From the NCBI GenBank assembly GCA_965242965.1, contig OZ251518.1, positions 2,528,001 to 2,592,000 of the forward strand: DNA of 64,000 nucleotides, read 5' to 3'. Below the pieces are notes generated by a model. It was not told where the DNA came from. It worked only from the letters and a program-made list of their open reading frames with translations, and did not search any database. This document shows positions 9,505 through 17,663 of the stretch, piece after piece. Positions within the stretch are counted from its first letter, which is position 1. Each line of letters opens with the position of its first letter. The position numbers were made by a program, and so were the translations under genes. The stretch comes from Candidatus Poribacteria bacterium (lineage in GTDB: Bacteria; Poribacteria; WGA-4E; WGA-3G).

Positions 9505-10320
9505 TTAGTAATATTCATAAGCGACAGCGGCGACAGCGGCAATCGCGGCGGTTTCTGTCCGCAAGATATTTTGTCCGAGTGTTACAGGAATGCATCCGTT
9601 TTCAATAGCGGCGTTCACTTCTTCCACCACAAACCCGCCTTCCGGTCCGACGAAAATTGAGATGGTTTCAGGTTTAGGCGAGTCCAAACTGTTCTGTGCC
9701 TGTCCTTCGCGCTTTTCACGTGGCGCGAGATATTTTTCTGTCTTTGCTCCCTCGCCATGCCTCAACACCGTTTTGATGTGTTGTTCCGTTACAGATTCGC
9801 AGCAGATGAGACTGCGCGTAAACCGTTTGACTTGCGCGAGGCACGCCTCAAACTGTTGGGGACCTGACAATTCGGGCAGCCAAGCACGTTTGCACTGTTT
9901 CGTTGCAGAGACAACGACGCGCTGCCACCGTTCACACCGTTGCTGACTCGGTTTCTGCAACGAACGTTCCGAATGCATCGGGATTATCTGTGTCACACCG
10001 AGTTCTGTCGTCTTTTGCAGAATGAGTTCCATTTTATCGTGCTTTGGCACTCCCTGAAAAAGCGTGAGCGAAGGCAAACGCGGGGTGTGAAATTCAGCGG
10101 ACAGAATCTCTGCCTGCGTAGTATCCGCCATCGCTGTATCAAGCACCTTCGCGATATAGACAGTGCCTTTGCCATCAATCAGACGGATGTTTTCCCCCGT
10201 TCGGATGCGGCGCACATTTCGGAGATGGTGATGCTCATCGCCTGTTATCATCGCGATGCCTCCATCAAACTGCGTGGGCGGAACGTAAGACGTGTGCATT
10301 CGTTTCTCTGTTATGTTCAC
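9505..10320 (-). CDS. rsmE: 16S rRNA m3U1498 methyltransferase RsmE
   Basis: QKTTELGV, VGPEGGF, LGQNILRTETA. Confidence 0.95.
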   Translation of the reverse strand: MNITEKRMHTSYVPPTQFDGGIAMITGDEHHHLRNVRRIRTGENIRLIDGKGTVYIAKVLDTAMADTTQAEILSAEFHTPRLPSLTLFQGVPKHDKMELILQKTTELGVTQIIPMHSERSLQKPSQQRCERWQRVVVSATKQCKRAWLPELSGPQQFEACLAQVKRFTRSLICCESVTEQHIKTVLRHGEGAKTEKYLAPREKREGQAQNSLDSPKPETISIFVGPEGGFVVEEVNAAIENGCIPVTLGQNILRTETAAIAAVAAVAYEYY

Positions 10321-10339
10321 GGGCGGCTTGAACGATCCG

Positions 10340-11017
10340 CTAGGAACAACAAAAACACGCTTGCCGCAATTGCTTAATGACCTTTTCCGGATGCGGACTT
10401 CTGAAAATAGCCGTGCCTGCGACGAGGATCGTCGCGCCGCGCTGCACGGCGAGTGGTGCTATTTCGGTTGTTACGCCGCCATCAGCAGAAATCTCAACGT
10501 CCAAGTTTTGTTTGTCAATCCTTTGCCGCAAGCGCGCTATTTTTTCAAGCGCGCTCGGTTGAAACGTTTGTCCACCGCGTCCCGGCTCAACGCTCATCGG
10601 TAGCACGAGCGCAATACGTGAGAGATAGGGGAAAACCGCATCAACCGATATCCCCGGTGATAAAGCCACGCCTGCCTTGATACCGTGCGCTTGAATTGCC
10701 GAGATGACAGTTTCCGGTGCATCGGCACTTTCGATATGGAACGTAATCATATCCGCACCCGCTGTTGCAAGCGCGTCAATATAACGAAGTGGGCGCGTTA
10801 CCATGAGATGGACATCAAAAGGCACATCTGTCGTCTTGCGGAGCGCGGCGATAGTCATGGGACTGATAGCGAAATAGGGAACGAATTCGCCGTCCATGAC
10901 ATCAAAATGGAGCAGATTTGCCCCGGCCGCGACTATCCGCGTCACCTCTTCACCGAATCGGGTGAAATCGGATGCCAGCATCGAAGGTGCAATTTTCGCA
11001 ATGCGTTCAATATGCAT
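10340..11017 (-). CDS. rpe: Ribulose-phosphate 3-epimerase
   Basis: IAPSML, HFDVMDG, DVHLMV, MSVEPG, ADGGV. Confidence 0.95.
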   Translation of the reverse strand: MHIERIAKIAPSMLASDFTRFGEEVTRIVAAGANLLHFDVMDGEFVPYFAISPMTIAALRKTTDVPFDVHLMVTRPLRYIDALATAGADMITFHIESADAPETVISAIQAHGIKAGVALSPGISVDAVFPYLSRIALVLPMSVEPGRGGQTFQPSALEKIARLRQRIDKQNLDVEISADGGVTTEIAPLAVQRGATILVAGTAIFRSPHPEKVIKQLRQACFCCS

Positions 11018-11049
11018 AATAGGTGCAAGAGTAAGCCGTCATCAACATC

Positions 11050-11290
11050 CCTGTTCTTGCTGGAAATCCCGCTCAATCTTGGAAATCCGAGCAGGATTAT
11101 CACGGTCACGCCTGTCAAGACAATCAGGTTTTCCTGATTGTCCCTCTTCCAAGATTTCACAGGATTAGGTCGCTGGGGCACCGGACACCGTTTTGGCAGC
11201 CCCCCGCGGTCTCGGTGCATCAGAAACCTAGCATCTTGCTAATCTTGCTCAATCTTGGAAATCCTGCTCAATCTTGGAAATCCTGCTCAG
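11050..11290. repeat. AATCTTGGAAATCCTGCTC-type short repeats
   Basis: Degenerate 9/10-nt subunits; same family at 12780-12925, 29044-29080, 56640-56712 and 62215-62293. Confidence 0.8.
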
Positions 11291-12766
11291 AAATAAGTCT
11301 GTTCGCCGCCGTAATGCCGTTCCGCCTTTGGACGTTCGTCTACCTGCCACGGCAAGGTGATAGGCAGCGTGCCATCCGCAAAATAGGCATCCGTTATCTG
11401 CCAAAACTGCAGGCGCGGGTAGTGCTTACCGTTATGCTCCAGCGTGCCTGCCGCTTCGGCGAGATTTCGCATGCCGCGCGTCACCGGATGCAACGTGATG
11501 AAAATGCCGAGGGCGGCATCGTTATCTTGCATCGCCGTTCGGAAGGCGCGCACCTGATTCGGGTTCAAACTCCTCCCGGATTTTACCTCGGCGATGACAG
11601 GCAGTTGCGTCTGCGTCGCCTCGGCGAGGTGATGATTCTCCCAAAGCACCACCTTCCCACTGCCGTCAAACCCGCCATCGTTGGTATTGGACGTAGGCGA
11701 AAGCCCGAGTCGGGTGACGGCCCAGTTGGCGAAATCATGCGGATTCTGCTCGGCGAGGAGGATGGCATCCTGCCATGTCCCCGGATACCCCTCAATGGTA
11801 TAATCCACCTTTGGACGAAGCCCGTGACGTTCGCGCAGCCGACGCTCCATCGGTTCTAACGCAAGCACCGTCAAGTCAATGCCAACCCAGTGCCGCTTGA
11901 GGCCGTGGGCGGCATCTAACGCTGTGCCACAGCCACAAAACGGATCGAAGACAATGTCGCCGGGGTTCGTGGAGGCTTTGATGATGCGTTCCAACAGCGC
12001 GAGCGGCTTCTGTGTCGGATAAATTCGCTCCGGGGACCAGGTCTGCAATGAATTAATATCTGTCCACCAGTCTGGCATCGTCGCTCCCCGTTCCAAATCT
12101 CGCACCTTGCCATCGATGCTCGTTCCGCCTCGACTTGATACCAACTTACGGCTGGCCTCAGAATAAGGAACATATTGCTTGTTGAACACGTTCCCCTTGC
12201 CTTTAGCGTAGAAGAGTATGATGTCATGCTTACGAGCGAAAGCGTTCTTAGGCACACCCCCGCCTCTATAACACCAAATAATCTCGTTTCGGCAATTCGT
12301 CGCGCCGAAAATCGTATCCATCATCACTTTCAAATAGTGACTCGCGTGCGGATCGCAGTGCAGATACACACTCCCGCTCGGTGTTAGCAACCGCCAAATC
12401 TCCGCCAAGCGCGGTGCCATGAAGGCGAGATACGCGCGCATCGATTCTGCATCGCTGATTGGGTTAGACCCCCCCCTTCAAAATATTGTCAAAACCACTT
12501 AAACACGCCGCTAAGTTGTCCATCGTCTCGACAAGTTCCGGGTGTCTGCCATCGTAATGGAGCACGGCCGCCTGATTGTGGCGCGCCGCATCGTCCCATC
12601 GCCAGATGTCGTCAAACGCCTTGCGTTGCGCTTTGGAGGCGGCGAGGAAAATGTTGTAGTTGCGGCCGCTGTTGAACGGCGGATCGAGATAACAGATGTG
12701 ATAACTGCCTGTCTGCATCTCGCGCATGACATTGAGGTTATCACCAAAATAGAGTGCGTTTTTCAT
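11287..12766 (-). CDS. Beta-class N4C/N6A DNA methyltransferase fused to an Mrr-like endonuclease, copy 2; frameshifted at G8 (12469-12476)
   Basis: 5' ORF has motif IV DPPF; 3' ORF has YPTQKP, motif I DPFCGCGT and D-x(n)-EVK. Removing one G joins the ORFs (LKGGSNPISDAESMRAYL). Confidence 0.85.
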
Positions 12767-12925
12767 ATTTTCGTTAGCCTGAATCCCGGAAATCTTGGGA
12801 ATCTTGAAAATCCTGCTCAGAAATCCATCTTAACGAAGGGAAAAAGAGACATGGTTATCAACGAAATCCCTCATCCTGGAAAGCTTGGGAATCTTGAAAA
12901 TCCTGCTCAATCTTGGAAATCCCGC

Positions 12926-14402
12926 TCAAAAATAAGTCTGCTCGCCGCCGTAATGCCGTTCCGCCTTTGGACGTTCGTCCACCTGCCACGGCAAGTGGAT
13001 AGGCAGCGTGCCATCCGCAAAATAGACATCCGTTATTTGCCAGAATTGCAGGCGCGGATAGTGCTTACCGTTATGCTCTAGCATGCCAGCGGCCTCGGCG
13101 AGGTTCCGCATGCCGCGCGTCACCGGATGCAGTGTGATGAAAATACCGAGGGCGGCCGCCGTATCCTGCATCGCCGTGCGGAAGGCGCGCACCTGATTCG
13201 GGTTCAAACTCCTCCCCGATTTTACCTCGGCGATGACAGGCAATTGCGTCTGCGTCGCCTCGGCGAGGTGATGATTCTCCCAAAGCACCACCTTCCCACT
13301 GCCATCAAACCCGCCATCGTTGGTATTGGACGTGGGCGAAAGCCCCAGGCGAGTCACTGCCCAATTGGCGAAATCGTGCGGATTCTGCTCGGCGAGGAGG
13401 ATGGCATCCTGCCATGTCCCCGGATACCCTTCAATGGTATAATCCACCTTTGGACGAAGCCCATGGCGTTCGCGCAGCCGACGCTCCATCGGTTCCAAAG
13501 CCAACACGGTTAAATCAATGCCAACCCAATGGCGTTGCAATCCATGCGCGGCATCTAACGCTGTGCCACAGCCACAAAACGGATCGAAGACAATGTCACC
13601 CGGTTTAGAGGAAGTTTTGATAATCCATTCCAAGAGCGCGAGCGGCTTCTGCGTCGGATAGCCGAGACGTTCTTTGGACATGGCATTCAGCGATGGCATG
13701 ACAAGCACGTCGTCAGGCGTTTTGCCTTTCGGCATCGCTTTGCCGGATTGCCCTCCCTTGGCGTATCGCCACTCTGTCATGCCGCTCTCAAAAGGCACAA
13801 GGATTTCATCGCGGTTGAAAGTGTAGTCCTTCGGCGATTTGCTATACCAGAGGAGGACATCGTGAGCCCTTGCGAGCCGCCGTTTGCCGCGCGAGGCATT
13901 TTTGTAATACCAGATAATTTCGTTCTGAAAGTTCACCGAACCGAAGATAACGTCCAGCATGCATTTCAGATAGTGACTCGCGTGCGGATCGCAGTGCAGA
14001 TACACACTCCCATTTGGCGTTAGCAGCCGCCAAATCTCTGCCAAGCGCGGTGCCATGAAGGCGAGATACGCAAGCATTGATTCAGTTTCACTTTGTCCTC
14101 TCGACCCCCCCCTTCAAAATTTGGTCAAAACCCGTTAAACAGTCTGACAAATTGTCCATGGTTTCAACGAGTTCAGGGTGCCGCCCATCGTAGTGAAGGA
14201 CAGATGCCTGATTTTCGCGCGCCGCGTCGTCCCACCGCCAGATGTCGTCAAACGCCTTGCGTTGCGCTTTTGAGCCGGCGAGGAAAATGTTGTAGTTGCG
14301 GCCGCTGTTAAACGGCGGATCGAGATAACAGATGTGATAACTGCCTGTCTGCATCTCGCGCATGACGTTGAGGTTATCGCCAAAATAGAGCGCGTTTTTC
14401 AT
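12926..14402 (-). CDS. Beta-class DNA methyltransferase-Mrr-like endonuclease fusion, copy 1; frameshifted at G8 (14105-14112)
   Basis: Same architecture; removing one G gives LKGGSRGQSETESMLAYL in frame. Confidence 0.85.
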
Positions 14403-14441
14403 ATTTAGAACACCATAAAAACCGATAGGAACAACAAAAAA

Positions 14442-15419
14442 CTACTGATAGCGGACATCACGCAGTTTATTCTCATCTACGTAGATGCTCACCCGTGTGC
14501 TACCGAAAACCCGCACGCCTTGCTTCTCCAAGTCAATGACGGTGCCGGGGGCATATTTCCTGTCTACCACGGTGCGTTCGCCGTGTTCATCAACGACGAC
14601 GATACGGATGTGCCGCGACAGATTTCCTTCTTCGCTCACTTGATGCTTCAAGGGGAGTAGCCTGCCGATGTTTCTCGTGTTATCGCGCGTGCCGCTGACT
14701 TCCAATTGAACGATGCCGCCGCTTTGAACTAACTCGCCGGCTGCGGGTTTCTGCGTAATAATCCTCCCTTCCGGAATCTTCGGGTGCGGACTATATTGGA
14801 TGTCGGCGTGGAGCCCTGCTTCTTCTAGTTTTGGCATCACCTTACGTAGGGGTTGCGTGCGGAGATCTGGCAGCTGGATGCGCTGCGGCATCGCACCACG
14901 GCTGACCAGGAGGTTCACATCGCTGCCGCGCTGCTGCCCAACACCTTCCAGCGGCGTTTGCGCGATGACGGTGTCCGGCAGATACGCCGCCGAATGAACG
15001 TAGGCAACCCGATTCGGGCGAAACCCGGCGGCGGTGAGGGCAGCGCGCGCCTCATTCAAAGGTCTGCCGATAACTGAAATGACCGGGGCTAACTCAGCAC
15101 CGATGCTCACCGCAATTTCCACCGGCTGATAGGATTTTACCCGGAAGTTCGCCGGTGGATTTTGGGAGACGATTTCCCCTTTCGGCGCACTGTTACTTGC
15201 CTGCTGAATAGTCTCTGCCGGGCGCAACCCGGCTTCATCTAGCACGCGCACCGCCTCATAGTAGGTTTTTCCCGTGACGTTCGGGACAAGGACCTCTTCT
15301 GTGCGAACCCACCATGGAATCACGATGAGCACCGTCAGCAAGCCGACAATGCCGAGCACAATCAAGCAGTAGAGTGAGACTTTGAATATCGCAAATAAAG
15401 GGTTGTTGATGCCTTTCAT
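14442..15419 (-). CDS. Membrane-anchored PASTA-domain protein
   Basis: One TM helix plus three PASTA repeats (VPNVTG, VISVIG, LPDLRT); adjacent to fmt. Confidence 0.9.
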   Translation of the reverse strand: MKGINNPLFAIFKVSLYCLIVLGIVGLLTVLIVIPWWVRTEEVLVPNVTGKTYYEAVRVLDEAGLRPAETIQQASNSAPKGEIVSQNPPANFRVKSYQPVEIAVSIGAELAPVISVIGRPLNEARAALTAAGFRPNRVAYVHSAAYLPDTVIAQTPLEGVGQQRGSDVNLLVSRGAMPQRIQLPDLRTQPLRKVMPKLEEAGLHADIQYSPHPKIPEGRIITQKPAAGELVQSGGIVQLEVSGTRDNTRNIGRLLPLKHQVSEEGNLSRHIRIVVVDEHGERTVVDRKYAPGTVIDLEKQGVRVFGSTRVSIYVDENKLRDVRYQ

Positions 15420-15440
15420 TATTTTTTTGTAGAGGTTCCG

Positions 15441-16427
15441 TTATGGCGGAGGCAAAAATCTCTCGCCGGTTTTGAGTTGGTAACCGTTGACAAAATCGCG
15501 CGCGGCCATCGCTTTCTTCGTTGCAGGCTGAACTTGCAAGAGTTCAAGTGTTCCTTCACCTGTAGCGACGCGGAGCTGCCCTCTGCCCGTAATTTCAATC
15601 GTTCCGGGAATAGGGGACAAAGCCTGCGAGTCAAGAGTTTGTGGGGGACAGGCCCCCGCGCTACGGAGAGAACATGGTAGACAACGGAGAATCTTGAGCC
15701 GCAGATTCTCTCTGAAAAAGGCATACGCCCCCGGCCAGCCTTCGGTACCTCTCACAAGATTGTGAATAGCGGTGGCAGAACAATGCCAGTCGATGCATCC
15801 TGTCTCTTTTGTGAGGCGTGGTGCGCGCGTCGCTTCGTCGTGACGCTGCGGCGTTGCGGACGGCGGTGCAGCTGCCGGCATCTCTTTTAGCACCTTCAAC
15901 AACAGATTCGCGCCCAAGCACGCTAACTTCTCCATCAATGTGACAGCGGTATCCGCATCTTGAATCGGAATTCGTTCCGCACAGATAATATCACCGGTAT
16001 CCTCGCCTGCATCCAACAACATTAACGTGATGCCTGTCTCTGTCTCGCCATTAATAAGTGCCCATTGCACCGGGGCAGCCCCTCGGTATTTCGGCAGGAG
16101 CGACGGATGCAGGTTAATCGTGCCGCACGGCGGGATGTCTAACATTGATTGCGGTAGCAGCTGCCCGAAAGCGGCGACGACGATGACATCCGGCGCGAGC
16201 CGTTCCAGCGTTCGGATAAAACCGCGCTGCCGCACCTTTTCCGGTTGATAGAACGGCAGGTTGTGTTGTTCTGCGACTACCTTGACAGGTGGCGGCGTGA
16301 GCCGTTTGCCGCGGCCACTGCGCCGGTCTGGTTGCGTGACGATACCAATGAGTTCAGATTCGTGGGCAATGAGTGTTTTCAGTGCTGGCACTGCAAATTC
16401 ACTTGTGCCCATAAATACGATACGCAC
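15441..16427 (-). CDS. fmt: Methionyl-tRNA formyltransferase
   Basis: RIVFMGT, NLHPSLLPKYRGAAP; in-frame repeat-derived insert near the C-terminus. Confidence 0.97.
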   Translation of the reverse strand: MRIVFMGTSEFAVPALKTLIAHESELIGIVTQPDRRSGRGKRLTPPPVKVVAEQHNLPFYQPEKVRQRGFIRTLERLAPDVIVVAAFGQLLPQSMLDIPPCGTINLHPSLLPKYRGAAPVQWALINGETETGITLMLLDAGEDTGDIICAERIPIQDADTAVTLMEKLACLGANLLLKVLKEMPAAAPPSATPQRHDEATRAPRLTKETGCIDWHCSATAIHNLVRGTEGWPGAYAFFRENLRLKILRCLPCSLRSAGACPPQTLDSQALSPIPGTIEITGRGQLRVATGEGTLELLQVQPATKKAMAARDFVNGYQLKTGERFLPPP

Positions 16428-16495
16428 TTAGAAACTCCAGATTCGTTCAGTGTAGCCCCCGTTCTTGATTGCGTCGGGACTCTACCGGCTCAAAA

Positions 16496-17083
16496 TTAGA
16501 ACCGAATAAGCAGGATAGGCACTGCAACTCCCGCCGCCGGTTCATTTGCCCACCGATTGAGCCTATTTCCTGAAGGAACGAAAGGGATGGGTGTCCCTCG
16601 CGCTACGGTAATCGGGACATTATGAGGGAGACGCGCGACAGGGCCCTCTATCGGCTCGCCTTCTACCGGCTCGCCTTCTTCAGTCGGTGGCGATGGAGGT
16701 GGCGGTGGCGGTTCAGGCTCCGGAATGCGTGGGGCAGAAATGTCTACATCGCGCGTGCGCCACCAATCCCACACCCCGATGAACAACGATAAGGATGCCG
16801 CGCCGATGCCGATTATCCGATAATCCCGCGGCGACAACTCCGGCGCAATCTGATTTTCGCGATACATCTTGACACCGCGCACCACCAAATAACTTTGAAC
16901 GGCGGTAAATGGCACGGAACTCAGCGTGATAATTTCAAACCGACGCAGCGCGCTTTCGTGATAGGTTTCCGCGGGGCGCGCTTGCTGCTGTTGTCCTTCC
17001 GGCGGTGCCTGCTGCGCTTGCGCCGCCGGAAGTATTGAAAGAGTTAGGCTGAACGTTAATATCTGAACCGTTAATTTGAACAT
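16496..17083 (-). CDS. Hypothetical exported/membrane protein, Pro-rich
   Basis: Signal peptide (PAAQA), two hydrophobic segments, poly-Pro stretch; in operon between lspA and fmt. Confidence 0.7.
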   Translation of the reverse strand: MFKLTVQILTFSLTLSILPAAQAQQAPPEGQQQQARPAETYHESALRRFEIITLSSVPFTAVQSYLVVRGVKMYRENQIAPELSPRDYRIIGIGAASLSLFIGVWDWWRTRDVDISAPRIPEPEPPPPPPSPPTEEGEPVEGEPIEGPVARLPHNVPITVARGTPIPFVPSGNRLNRWANEPAAGVAVPILLIRF

Positions 17084-17159
17084 GGTTGCCTCGGCTCGCG
17101 AGGGACAGGCCCTCGCGCTTTGATATTTGGTATGAGGGAGATGTGCGGTACTCCCTCGC

Positions 17160-17663
17160 CTAGAAATTCTCTTCGTGCCGATGTCGGTTGCGGAAGAGGT
17201 AAACAATCAGCATCCCCGCGCCAATACACACCGACATATCGGCAACGTTAAATGTCGGCCAAAACAGCCCACGGCTCTCAATTCCAAATTGGAGAAAATC
17301 GACAACTTCTCCCAGGTAAAGCCTGTCAATAAAGTTTCCGATTGCGCCGCCGAGCAGAAAGCCAGAGGCGATTTGCATCCACCGGCTGTCACGGAATTTG
17401 AGAAAATAGACAAAAATGAAAGCGAGCGCGACAAACGTGACCAGGATGAGGAATGTCCGATGTCCGGCTAACACGCCGAAAGCCGCCCCGCTGTTCCTAT
17501 CGTGCCGAAGGTTGAAGAAACCGGGAATGACAGGGTAGCCGTATCCGCGTGGGATGTGCTGTTGGATGAGCCATTTGCTCCCCCAATCCAATGCCAGCAT
17601 CGGCAGTGCCACACCGATGAAAGGGAGCACAGTTTTCCACGTGAGGTTCTTAAATAAGTTCAT
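17160..17663 (-). CDS. lspA: Signal peptidase II
   Basis: NSGAAFG, GGAIGNFIDR, VVDF, FNVAD. Confidence 0.97.
   Translation of the reverse strand: MNLFKNLTWKTVLPFIGVALPMLALDWGSKWLIQQHIPRGYGYPVIPGFFNLRHDRNSGAAFGVLAGHRTFLILVTFVALAFIFVYFLKFRDSRWMQIASGFLLGGAIGNFIDRLYLGEVVDFLQFGIESRGLFWPTFNVADMSVCIGAGMLIVYLFRNRHRHEENF

Noticed and set aside
11287-14402. Diversity-generating retroelement or invertible shufflon
   Set aside because: No reverse transcriptase or recombinase is present, the copies are direct rather than inverted, and the differences are not adenine-specific
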